From contig JAFQBG010000034.1 of assembly GCA_017416705.1 (NCBI GenBank), positions 1,117 to 65,116 on the forward strand: a stretch of 64,000 nt of DNA, given 5' to 3'. A program made the translations under genes and the position numbers. The stretch's first letter is position 1. Each line of letters opens with the position of its first letter. Source of the stretch: Bacteroidaceae bacterium (GTDB taxonomy: Bacteria > Bacteroidota > Bacteroidia > Bacteroidales > Bacteroidaceae). This document shows, piece after piece, positions 9,147 through 17,589 of the stretch. The notes beneath the pieces are model-generated. The model saw nothing but the letters and a program-made list of their open reading frames with translations, had not been told where the DNA came from and did no database searches.

Positions 9147-9154
9147 CTTTTGTG

Positions 9155-9162
9155 TATATTCG
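9155..9162 (+). promoter_or_regulatory. variant -7 box TATATTCG for pyrH
   Basis: TAnnTTCG followed by CA, 36 nt upstream of the pyrH ATG. It occupies the same position relative to the repeat core as TATCTTTG in copies A, B and D. Confidence 0.4.
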
Positions 9163-9198
9163 CAGTAGAATGTAAATAATTAACTAAATATTTATATT

Positions 9199-9909
9199 AT
9201 GACAAAATTCAAACGTATTCTTCTTAAACTGAGTGGCGAGAGTCTCATGGGTAACCAAGGCTATGGTATCGACGTGACACGCCTTGGCGAATATGCAACC
9301 CAAATAAAGGAGGTGGCTGCCATGGGCGTGCAGATAGGTATTGTTATTGGCGGTGGAAATATATTTCGCGGATTGACAGGCGCAGGCAAGGGATTCGACC
9401 GCGTTAAGGGCGACCAAATGGGTATGATGGCCACCGTTATAAACAGCCTTGCGTTGAGTTCGGCATTGGAGGCTGCGGGTGTGCCGACAAAAGTGCTTAC
9501 CGCCATTCGCATGGAGCCTGTGGGCGAGTTTTATACAAAATGGAAAGCTATTGAAGCTATGGAGTCGGGACGCGTGGTTATAATGGCTGCCGGAACGGGT
9601 AGCCCCTATTTTACAACCGATACGGGCTCGTCGTTGCGTGGTATCGAGATAGAGGCCGATGTGATGCTCAAAGGTACCCGCGTAGATGGTATATACACCG
9701 CCGACCCCGAGAAGGACCCGACAGCAACAAAATTCAATGAAATATCCTACGACGAGGTCATAAGTCGTGGTCTGAAAGTGATGGATATAACAGCCACTGC
9801 TATGTGCCGCGAAAATAATCTGCCTATATACGTGTTCAATATGGATGTGGTGGGCAACCTGAAAAAAGTTATCAGCGGCGAGGATATTGGCACATACGTA
9901 CATCCCTAA
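9199..9909 (+). CDS. pyrH: UMP kinase
   Basis: 236 aa. KRILLKLSGESL, GGGNIFRG and DGIYTADP are amino-acid-kinase family motifs typical of PyrH. Confidence 0.95.
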   Translation: MTKFKRILLKLSGESLMGNQGYGIDVTRLGEYATQIKEVAAMGVQIGIVIGGGNIFRGLTGAGKGFDRVKGDQMGMMATVINSLALSSALEAAGVPTKVLTAIRMEPVGEFYTKWKAIEAMESGRVVIMAAGTGSPYFTTDTGSSLRGIEIEADVMLKGTRVDGIYTADPEKDPTATKFNEISYDEVISRGLKVMDITATAMCRENNLPIYVFNMDVVGNLKKVISGEDIGTYVHP

Positions 9910-9929
9910 GCGTGGATGTCGTTCGCTGA

Positions 9930-9978
9930 AATAAAAATAAATGGAACAATCCCGGGGATTGTTCCATTTATTTTTATT
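9930..9978. terminator. bidirectional intrinsic terminator between pyrH and rpmH
   Basis: Near-perfect palindrome AAATAAATGGAACAATCCC / GGGATTGTTCCATTTATTT with an A-tract on the left and a T-tract on the right. Confidence 0.8.
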
Positions 9979-9990
9979 ACAAGAGTGTAA

Positions 9991-10155
9991 TTATCTTCTC
10001 TTCTTACCAACGTATTCGTCTGATACGGTAAGTTTCTTACGTCCTTTTGCGCGACGAGATGCCAATACGCGACGGCCATTCTTTGTAGCCATTCTCTCAC
10101 GGAAACCGTGCTTGTTCTTTCTCTTTCTGTTAGAGGGTTGGAATGTTCTTTTCAT
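9991..10155 (-). CDS. rpmH: 50S ribosomal protein L34
   Basis: Below the ORF-track size cutoff. Manual translation gives [54 protein letters not shown] (54 aa), the canonical L34 sequence. Confidence 0.95.
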   Translation of the reverse strand: MKRTFQPSNRKRKNKHGFRERMATKNGRRVLASRRAKGRKKLTVSDEYVGKKRR

Positions 10156-10210
10156 TGTTATATAATTTTTATATGTTTACTCAAAAAAGTTGTTTTGCAC
10201 TTTCAGCCTG

Positions 10211-10218
10211 CAAAATTA
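10211..10218 (-). promoter_or_regulatory. -7 promoter box (TAATTTTG on minus strand) for rpmH
   Basis: CAAAATTA, 55 nt upstream of the rpmH ATG. Confidence 0.45.
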
Positions 10219-10340
10219 GACTTTTTTTTTAAAATGGCAAAGTATTTGGCTCCTATTTTTTTGGTTCGAAAAGAAATAATCTCTTTTATAGCTCTATTTG
10301 TCTGTTTTGTGCTATTGTGATGCCTCTATTGGTGGCGATA

Positions 10341-10715
10341 TTATATTTCGGCAATAACCTCCACTTCGACCAAAACATCCTTGGGCAGTGTCTTCACTGC
10401 TACGCACGAGCGTGCGGGTTTGCTTGTGAAATATTCTGCGTAGATGGCGTTGAATGCGGCAAAGTCGCTCATATCTTTCAGGAAACAGGTTGTTTTGACT
10501 GCTTTGTCGAACGAAGTGCCTGCCTCGGATAGTACGGCTGCTATGTTTTTCATAACTTGGGTTGTCTGACCGTTTATGTCGTCGGCTTCTATGTTGCCTG
10601 TTGCGGGGTTAATGGGAATTTGTCCCGATGTGAACAACATGTTGCCGCATATAATGGCCTGCGAGTAGGGACCAATGGCCTCGGGGGCATTGCTTGTGTA
10701 AACTTTTTTAATCAT
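10341..10715 (-). CDS. ridA: RidA family reactive-intermediate deaminase (YjgF/L-PSP)
   Basis: 124 aa. The N-terminus APEAIGPYSQAI is typical of the family. It lies immediately downstream of threonine dehydratase, its classical partner. Confidence 0.85.
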   Translation of the reverse strand: MIKKVYTSNAPEAIGPYSQAIICGNMLFTSGQIPINPATGNIEADDINGQTTQVMKNIAAVLSEAGTSFDKAVKTTCFLKDMSDFAAFNAIYAEYFTSKPARSCVAVKTLPKDVLVEVEVIAEI

Positions 10716-10745
10716 ATCTTTAAAATTTTGTTGGTAAATGTCTTT

Positions 10746-11948
10746 TTATATGTGATTGCAGATGTGGTAGCCTGCATCGAACAATGCTTTTTTGATTACT
10801 TCTATCTGCTCGAAATCGCGTGTCTCCATGTTTATGCGCAGGAAACAACCGTTTATGTCCATGGTGGCGTTGGCACGTTCGTGGTGTACGCCTATGACGT
10901 TGCCGCCGTTGTCGGCTATTATTCGGGATATGTTCAGCAGCTGGCCGGGCTTGTCGATGAGCTCAACGGTGAGCATGTATGAACGTCCCGATGTGAGCAA
11001 ACCGCGTTTTATAACTCGGTCGAGTATGTTCACGTCGATGTTGCCGCCCGATACAAGGCATACGGTGTTTTTGCCTTCGATGGGCACTTTGTTGAACATG
11101 GCGGCTGCGACAGATACGGCACCTGCACCCTCGGCAATGAGTTTTTGTTGCTCTATGAGCGATAGTATGGCCGATGATACCTCGTCGTCGGTGACGGTTA
11201 CTATGTCATCGACATATTTACTGCAAAGGTCGAATGTGTTTTGTCCCGGTTCTTTCACTGCTATGCCGTCGGCAATGGTTTTTACCTCGCTCAGACGTTC
11301 TATCTTGTTGTTGTGAATGGAATTTGCCATGCTGGGCGCACCGCTCGACTGTACTCCGTAGATTTTTATTTTGGGGTTGAGCGATTTCATGGCGTAGGCT
11401 ACTCCCGATATGAGGCCGCCACCGCCAATGGGTACTATCACTGCGTCTATCTCTTGCATCTGGTCGAGCAACTCCAATCCTATGGTTCCTTGTCCGGCTA
11501 TTACATCCTCGTCGTCGAACGGGTGAATGAATGTGCTGCCTGTCTTGTCGCGTAGTTCGAGCGCATGGCGATAGGCATCGTCGTACACTCCCTCGACTAA
11601 ACAGATATCGGCGCCGTAGCGTCTGGTTGCCTCAATTTTTGATATGGGGGCGCAGTCGGGTAGGCATATAGTGGATTTTATTCCGTTTTTTGTTGCCGCC
11701 AATGCCACTCCTTGGGCGTGGTTGCCGGCGGAGCATGCTATAACTCCTTTGGACTTCTCCTCGGACGATAACTGTGATATTTTATAGTATGAACCTCGTA
11801 TCTTGAATGAGCCTGTTAGTTGCAGGTTCTCGGGTTTTAACCATATTTTTGCGCTTGGGTTTATCAACGGAGCGTTTATAAGGTCGGTACGTCGTATGAC
11901 CTCTTTTAGCACGTAGGATGCGTGATATATTTTGTCGAGTGTCAGCAT
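10746..11948 (-). CDS. ilvA: threonine ammonia-lyase (threonine dehydratase) with C-terminal ACT-like domain
   Basis: 400 aa with PLP-lysine motif SFKIRGSYYK and glycine loop GGGGLISG. Confidence 0.85.
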   Translation of the reverse strand: MLTLDKIYHASYVLKEVIRRTDLINAPLINPSAKIWLKPENLQLTGSFKIRGSYYKISQLSSEEKSKGVIACSAGNHAQGVALAATKNGIKSTICLPDCAPISKIEATRRYGADICLVEGVYDDAYRHALELRDKTGSTFIHPFDDEDVIAGQGTIGLELLDQMQEIDAVIVPIGGGGLISGVAYAMKSLNPKIKIYGVQSSGAPSMANSIHNNKIERLSEVKTIADGIAVKEPGQNTFDLCSKYVDDIVTVTDDEVSSAILSLIEQQKLIAEGAGAVSVAAAMFNKVPIEGKNTVCLVSGGNIDVNILDRVIKRGLLTSGRSYMLTVELIDKPGQLLNISRIIADNGGNVIGVHHERANATMDINGCFLRINMETRDFEQIEVIKKALFDAGYHICNHI

Positions 11949-11989
11949 TGGATGGTTTTTTATTTTTTGTGTTGTTTTTTATGGTTCTG

Positions 11990-11997
11990 CAAATTTA
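11990..11997 (-). promoter_or_regulatory. -7 promoter box (TAAATTTG on minus strand) for ilvA-ridA
   Basis: CAAATTTA, 41 nt upstream of the start at 11948. Confidence 0.45.
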
Positions 11998-12069
11998 CAA
12001 CCATTTTTCAATTATTTATGTGTTTGTCAAAAAATATGTAAATTTTATGTATAAATATATTCGTTATTA

Positions 12070-12077
12070 TAACTTTG
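12070..12077 (+). promoter_or_regulatory. -7 promoter box TAACTTTG
   Basis: 31 nt upstream of the ATG at 12109. Confidence 0.45.
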
Positions 12078-12108
12078 TACGTGGTATAACTGCCTTGCGT
12101 GTGCTTGT

Positions 12109-12864
12109 ATGGAAAAACTCAATGTTATATTGTTGCTGTTCATTGTTCTATCGTCTGTTGCGATTGTCTTGTTGCGGATATATCGCGCCAGAATAATAGG
12201 CTATATCGGTGAGAAAAAAGTGGCGTTTGTGCTGTCGTTGCTGAATAGGAAATACAGGGTTTTTAACGATGTTCTTATTGCTACGGCAAACGGCACCACC
12301 CAGATAGACCATATCGTAGTGTCGCCATTCGGGGTATTCGTGGTGGAGACAAAAAACTACAAGGGGTGGATTACCGGCAGTGAACATTCCTATAAATGGA
12401 CAAAAAATGTGTATGGGAAAAAATATGATTTCCCCAACCCCATAACGCAAAACAAAGGTCATGTGGCGGCACTGAAAAAGGTGCTGCATGGCTACGATAG
12501 CGATGTTTTTGTCTCTGTCATTGTTTTTGCCATGCGCTGCAAACTGAAAACAAAAATTCGCAAGGAGTGCAATGTGGTGAGGCTGTGGAGGCTGCTGTCA
12601 AGAATAGGCAGCTATAAAAACCGGGTATTGTCGCATGCCGACGTGGAGCGCATTTGCTCTATTATAGAACAAAAAAATATTCGCGATAAAAAGATTAGAA
12701 AGGGGCATGTGCGTTATGTGAAACAGCAGGAGAAAAGGGCAAAAAAAATGTTGCGCGATGGCTGTTGCCCTGTTTGCGGTGCTCCACTCGTATTGCGCAA
12801 TGGCAAGTATGGCTCTTTTTACGGATGTTCCAACTACCCCTATTGTTCCTATATCGCTAAATAG
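12109..12864 (+). CDS. NERD domain protein with N-terminal TM helix and C-terminal topoisomerase-type C4 zinc ribbon
   Basis: 251 aa with a NERD-like core (IGEKKVAFVL, QIDHIVVSPFGVFVVETKNYKGWI) and the C-terminal motif CPVCGAPLVLRNGKYGSFYGCSNYPYCSY. Confidence 0.75.
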   Translation: MEKLNVILLLFIVLSSVAIVLLRIYRARIIGYIGEKKVAFVLSLLNRKYRVFNDVLIATANGTTQIDHIVVSPFGVFVVETKNYKGWITGSEHSYKWTKNVYGKKYDFPNPITQNKGHVAALKKVLHGYDSDVFVSVIVFAMRCKLKTKIRKECNVVRLWRLLSRIGSYKNRVLSHADVERICSIIEQKNIRDKKIRKGHVRYVKQQEKRAKKMLRDGCCPVCGAPLVLRNGKYGSFYGCSNYPYCSYIAK

Positions 12865-12870
12865 CTTTTT

Positions 12871-13791
12871 TTATCTCAGCCTTAGTATGTCACCTACTTT
12901 TAATGTGGCATAACTCTTGAATTGGGGGTTCTTTTTGAGCAGTTTCTTTAATTTTATTCCATATTTCTGCGAAATGGAATATAGGCTTTCTCCTGCACCG
13001 GTTGTGTGGAATTTGTACTGTTTTTCGGCTTTATTGTTCTTTTTTTCCAAGTATATTATGTCGCCGTCTTTTATAACGTACTCTTTGTATAGGTCGTTGT
13101 ATTTTATTAGTTTCCTGCGCGATACTCCCACCTCCTTGGATAGCGAACGGAACGTGTCGCCGCCCTTGGCTACTATGTATAGCAGCCCGTTTGCGCGGTA
13201 GATGGTGTGTCTGCCTGCATACGCGGAACCGTTTACTTGCAGAACAGGAGCCTCTTTCTTGCTCGAATAGTTGTCGAACTTATAAAGTTGGTAACGCTCT
13301 ATCATGCTTATGAGTTTCTGAGGATATGCCCTGTCCTCGGCATAGCCTGCCTTCCTGAGGCCTTTTGCCCAACCTTTATAATCGTTCCTTTTCAGCTTGA
13401 AAAGGAAGGCATAACGGCTTCGTCCGACAAGAAACATTGAGTGGTCTTCGTATGAATCGCGCACCGAATCGTATGAACGGTATTTACTTCCTTTCCTCCA
13501 TTTTTTTGGGCCGTTCCAACTTTTGTCGGCTTTTATACCAAAGTGGTTGTTTGCTTTGCGGGCAAGCGTGCTATTGCCGGCAGCCGACTCCAACAGCCCC
13601 TGTGCCAGTGTTATGCTGGCCGGAATGTTGTGTCTTTCCATTTGCTCCACGGCAAGCGGATAATATTTTTGTATATAGCGTTCATAGACATCGCCTCCAC
13701 GTGTTGCACTCCATTTGTCGCTTTGTCCCATGGCGCGGCATGCCACCGTCAGGAATATAGCTACGAGTGCTATTATCTTAATTTTGTTCAT
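12871..13791 (-). CDS. secreted glucosaminidase-domain peptidoglycan hydrolase with two LysM domains
   Basis: 306 aa with a signal peptide, the muramidase/glucosaminidase motif PASITLAQGLLESAAGNSTLARKANNHFGIK, and two C-terminal LysM repeats. Confidence 0.8.
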   Translation of the reverse strand: MNKIKIIALVAIFLTVACRAMGQSDKWSATRGGDVYERYIQKYYPLAVEQMERHNIPASITLAQGLLESAAGNSTLARKANNHFGIKADKSWNGPKKWRKGSKYRSYDSVRDSYEDHSMFLVGRSRYAFLFKLKRNDYKGWAKGLRKAGYAEDRAYPQKLISMIERYQLYKFDNYSSKKEAPVLQVNGSAYAGRHTIYRANGLLYIVAKGGDTFRSLSKEVGVSRRKLIKYNDLYKEYVIKDGDIIYLEKKNNKAEKQYKFHTTGAGESLYSISQKYGIKLKKLLKKNPQFKSYATLKVGDILRLR

Positions 13792-13856
13792 TCTTATAAT
13801 AAATGTTATTCAGATACAAAATAAATAAATTTATTGCATTTGAGCAAGTATTTGCA

Positions 13857-13864
13857 TATCTTCG
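13857..13864 (+). promoter_or_regulatory. variant -7 box TATCTTCG for cdd
   Basis: TAnnTTCG followed by CA, 20 nt upstream of the cdd ATG. Confidence 0.35.
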
Positions 13865-13884
13865 CATGAGAAAAACTATTTGAA

Positions 13885-14364
13885 ATGAAAGAATTGGAAC
13901 TGAACACCAAAATTAAGGTGTGCGCATTTGAGGAATTTTCGATAGAGGACCGCGAATTGATAGATGAGGCTCGCAAAGCAACAGCCCGGAGCTATGCTCC
14001 TTATTCAAAATTTAATGTGGGTGCCGCTGTGCGGTTGGCCGACGGAACAATCGTGTCGGGAAACAATCAGGAGAATGCAGCCTATCCCTCGGGGTTGTGT
14101 GCAGAGCGCACAACGCTCTTTTGGGCCAATGCTCAGTATCCGAATATGGCTGTTGACACTTTGGCCATTGCCGCCTGTAACGAACAGGGCGAACTTGAAC
14201 GTCCTATTTCGCCTTGCGGTGCCTGTCGCCAAGTGATATTGGAAGTGGAGAAACGCTACAACAGGCCCATGAGAATAATTCTGTATGGCAAGAACGAGAT
14301 ATATCTTATCGAGGATGGTGTGAAGGCCTTGCTGCCCCTCTGTTTCGATTCCGATTTTCTATAA
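13885..14364 (+). CDS. cdd: cytidine deaminase
   Basis: 159 aa with the zinc motifs CAERT and PCGACRQV. Confidence 0.9.
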   Translation: MKELELNTKIKVCAFEEFSIEDRELIDEARKATARSYAPYSKFNVGAAVRLADGTIVSGNNQENAAYPSGLCAERTTLFWANAQYPNMAVDTLAIAACNEQGELERPISPCGACRQVILEVEKRYNRPMRIILYGKNEIYLIEDGVKALLPLCFDSDFL

Positions 14365-14406
14365 GAAAATATTTTTTAGAAATTTAAACAGCTTCTAAAA
14401 TTATTT

Positions 14407-14877
14407 ATGAAGAAGATTATGTTTGTGTGCCACGGGAATATATGCCGTTCTCCCATGGCCGAGTTTATAATGAAAGATATTGTGAGTCGTTGCTCGTTGA
14501 ACGATGCTTTCTGTATAGAATCGACTGCGACAAGCAGCGAAGAGACAGGCAACGATATTTATCCGCGTGCAGCCGCTGTTCTATCGCGTCATGGTATAGG
14601 ATTTTCGCACCGACGTGCGCGTCGTTTCACTGTTGCCGATTACGAAAAATTCGATATGGTGGTGGTGATGGAGGAGTATAATATAGGAAATCTCATGCGC
14701 ATAATAGGCGACGACCGCTGTAAAAAAATATGGAAACTGCTCGATTTTACATGCGCCGACGTGCAGCGTTGTTGTGGCGATGATATATCGGACCCATGGT
14801 ATCATGGTAATTTCGAACAGACATACGACGAGATTGTTTCGGGCTGCAACGCCCTGTTGAAATATTGTACACGCTGA
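14407..14877 (+). CDS. low-molecular-weight protein-tyrosine phosphatase
   Basis: 156 aa with the P-loop [14 protein letters not shown] (CX5R-S) and a DP motif near the C-terminus. Confidence 0.9.
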   Translation: MKKIMFVCHGNICRSPMAEFIMKDIVSRCSLNDAFCIESTATSSEETGNDIYPRAAAVLSRHGIGFSHRRARRFTVADYEKFDMVVVMEEYNIGNLMRIIGDDRCKKIWKLLDFTCADVQRCCGDDISDPWYHGNFEQTYDEIVSGCNALLKYCTR

Positions 14878-14881
14878 TACT

Positions 14882-15457
14882 ATGCAAGGGGTGGAAAAAC
14901 CAAAAGACGATAGGGTTATCATGGGCATAGACCCGGGAACAAACATCATGGGATATGCTTTTATAGGGGTGAACGGCAATAGGGCGCGTCTCATAGCCAT
15001 GGGGGTCATCGACTTGCGTAAGTGCAAGGACACATACATGAAATTGGGCGAGGTGTTTAATCGTGTGCAGGGGCTCATAGCCTCGTTCCTGCCCGATGAA
15101 CTTGCCATTGAGGCTCCATTCTTTGGGAAGAATGTTCAAAGTATGCTCAAATTGGGGCGGGCGCAAGGGGTGGCTATTGCGGCTGCCATAAGCAGGCAGG
15201 TGCCCATTCACGAATATGCCCCACTGAAAATTAAGATGGCTATTACGGGCAATGGCTCGGCGTCGAAAGAACAGGTTGCCGATATGCTACGACGCATGCT
15301 TAATATATCGGCCGACGAGATGCCTCATTTTATGGATGCTACCGATGCCTTGGGGGCTGCTTTCTGCCATTTTATACAGCGTAACACTCCTGTGACAACA
15401 AAAAAATATAGTTCGTGGGCCGATTATGCTACTAAGAACCCGGGGAGGGTTAAATAG
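14882..15457 (+). CDS. ruvC: crossover junction endodeoxyribonuclease RuvC
   Basis: 191 aa with the [14 protein letters not shown] catalytic-Asp N-terminus and a C-terminal [11 protein letters not shown] motif. Confidence 0.9.
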   Translation: MQGVEKPKDDRVIMGIDPGTNIMGYAFIGVNGNRARLIAMGVIDLRKCKDTYMKLGEVFNRVQGLIASFLPDELAIEAPFFGKNVQSMLKLGRAQGVAIAAAISRQVPIHEYAPLKIKMAITGNGSASKEQVADMLRRMLNISADEMPHFMDATDALGAAFCHFIQRNTPVTTKKYSSWADYATKNPGRVK

Positions 15458-15553
15458 CGGCTCTCTTGGTGGTGTTGGCTCTGTGTGTCGATGCTTTGGC
15501 AGGCAATGTGCCGCGCTGCAACCGCTGTATGTGTTTTCGGGCGGGGCGGTGGA

Positions 15554-17545
15554 TTATTCGTAAATGCCGTATGTGGTTCTTAGCACCTGAAATTCGGTGC
15601 GTCTGTTGAGCTGGTGGCATATCTCTTGCTGTTCTTCGCTCTCCAACGCATTTATGAACTCCTCGCTTAGTACATCGCCCTCTTTCAGGAATGTATGTTT
15701 CTCGGTAAGTTTTTTCAGTACGGTTTTGGGACGTCCCTCGCCATAGCCCACTGCGGTGAGTCGGTCGGCTGCTATACCGTGCTCTATCAGGTATTTTACT
15801 ACCGACTCGGCACGCGCTTGTGACAATCGCTCGTTGTACTTGTCGCTACCACGAAAATCGCAATGCGAACTAAGTTCTATTGTTACATTGGCATTTAGTT
15901 CCAACAGCTTCACCAATTCGTCGAGCGACGCTGTCGATTCGGGTGTCAGCTCGGCACGGTCAAATTCATAGAATATGTTGTCTATAAGTACGGGACGGCT
16001 TATCGAGGCAAGGGCAAAATCGCGTTGATATTCTCTTGTGCCTTCTACATTCTCTGTTTTTACCTCTTGCATGGCGTTCAGATATCCTTTGCACGTTCCA
16101 AGCAGAACATATTCTACTCCCGGTGTCACTCGCACCGAGTAGGAACCGTCTTTCATGACACCGAAACTGGTGTTTGTGCCGTCGTTACCTATCATATATA
16201 TGACGCCTTCGGGTAGCTCATAGCCATCCTTTTCGTATATCCAGCCATACAGGGTGTGCAGTGTCTCGGGTAGTAGGAACGAGTATATGTGGTCCCAGCC
16301 GCGGGCATCGCCACGGTTCGATGAGAAATATCCTCGGTAGAGGCCGGGGGCAAATGTCATTCCAAAATCGTCGCCATTGGAATTTAATGGGGCAAGCATA
16401 TTTTGTACGTTCCATGCGGTGTCGTTCTTTTGCGTGGCGCAGAATATGTCCAAACCGCCCATGCCGGGATAGCCGTCCGAGGAGAAAAAGAGTTCGCCGG
16501 CAGGACCGAACGCCGGGAATTGTTCATCGCCGGGTGTGTTTATTTCGTCGCCAAGGTTCTCTACTATGCCACTGAGCGACATGTTGTTTCCAATATAATA
16601 TCGCCACAAGTCGAGCCCTCCTACTCCTCCCGACATGTTCGATGTGAAATAGAGCCATTCTCCGTCGGGTGACACTGCGGGATGGGCAAACGAGGATAGG
16701 GTGTCCACCGATATCTCCACAGGGGTGGGCGCACCCCACGAGGCATCGCTACGCGAACTTTTGTATATGGTTGCATAACGGGGGTATTGGTCGTCGATGG
16801 GGCATCGTGTAAAGTACATTGTTCTGCCGTCGGGTGTGAATGAGCATGCTCCGTCTTCGTATTCGCTGTTTATGTCCGATTCTATGACTTCGGTCTTTTG
16901 CCATTTGCCTTTGTCGTCGCGCTTTGTCAGGTACATGTCCGATGGCTTTTGTCCTGTTACACCGCTTACATCGTCGCCCTTGGCTGTTTTGCGCGTCGAT
17001 GTGGTTATAATCATGGTGGTGTCATCGGCTATATACATGGGGCAGTAGTCGCTGCGTTGTCCGTTTAGCTCCTTGGAACGTTTGACAATGTAGCGTGTCG
17101 GGTTTTTCTTCCAATCGAGCGATTGCTCGGCTGCTTTCAGACCTATCTGTGCCATGCGGTCGTCGGGGGCATATTCAAGATATATCTTGTAGTTTTTGGC
17201 GGCTGTTTTATATTCGCCAATCTCCACTTGTGCATCGGCAAGGTAACGATAGGCAAGTGTGTCGGGGTATTTGTAGCGTATGGCATTCTGATATGCGCCG
17301 GCTGCACGTTGCGGATAATTGCCTTTTCTGTAACTTTCGGCCATTTTCCATGCTACCTGCCCACGCTTGCTTCGCTCTTTGGGGGCTATCTTGGAGTATG
17401 CGCGTTTGTAATATTTTGCTGCTTCGTGAAACTCGTTTATAGCAAAATATTGGTCGCCTTTTTTTATGGCTTTCTCGCTGCTGCACGCGGTAAATAGCAG
17501 TAGTAACAGTGCTATGTATGTCGTATGTCGAAATAGATATTTCAT
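15554..17545 (-). CDS. OmpA-family outer-membrane-associated protein with TPR and TolB-like beta-propeller repeats
   Basis: 663 aa with a lipoprotein-like signal (LLLFTACSS), N-terminal TPR-like repeats, PD40-like repeats, and a C-terminal OmpA peptidoglycan-binding domain (NERLSQARAESV). Confidence 0.8.
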   Translation of the reverse strand: MKYLFRHTTYIALLLLLFTACSSEKAIKKGDQYFAINEFHEAAKYYKRAYSKIAPKERSKRGQVAWKMAESYRKGNYPQRAAGAYQNAIRYKYPDTLAYRYLADAQVEIGEYKTAAKNYKIYLEYAPDDRMAQIGLKAAEQSLDWKKNPTRYIVKRSKELNGQRSDYCPMYIADDTTMIITTSTRKTAKGDDVSGVTGQKPSDMYLTKRDDKGKWQKTEVIESDINSEYEDGACSFTPDGRTMYFTRCPIDDQYPRYATIYKSSRSDASWGAPTPVEISVDTLSSFAHPAVSPDGEWLYFTSNMSGGVGGLDLWRYYIGNNMSLSGIVENLGDEINTPGDEQFPAFGPAGELFFSSDGYPGMGGLDIFCATQKNDTAWNVQNMLAPLNSNGDDFGMTFAPGLYRGYFSSNRGDARGWDHIYSFLLPETLHTLYGWIYEKDGYELPEGVIYMIGNDGTNTSFGVMKDGSYSVRVTPGVEYVLLGTCKGYLNAMQEVKTENVEGTREYQRDFALASISRPVLIDNIFYEFDRAELTPESTASLDELVKLLELNANVTIELSSHCDFRGSDKYNERLSQARAESVVKYLIEHGIAADRLTAVGYGEGRPKTVLKKLTEKHTFLKEGDVLSEEFINALESEEQQEICHQLNRRTEFQVLRTTYGIYE

Positions 17546-17589
17546 TTGCTTGCAATATTTATCTATTATATAACAGATAAATTGTCTAT

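Noticed and set aside
9906-10100. 64-aa ORF-track entry on the minus strand
   Set aside because: It overlaps rpmH in a different frame, and the L34 frame is clearly the real gene.
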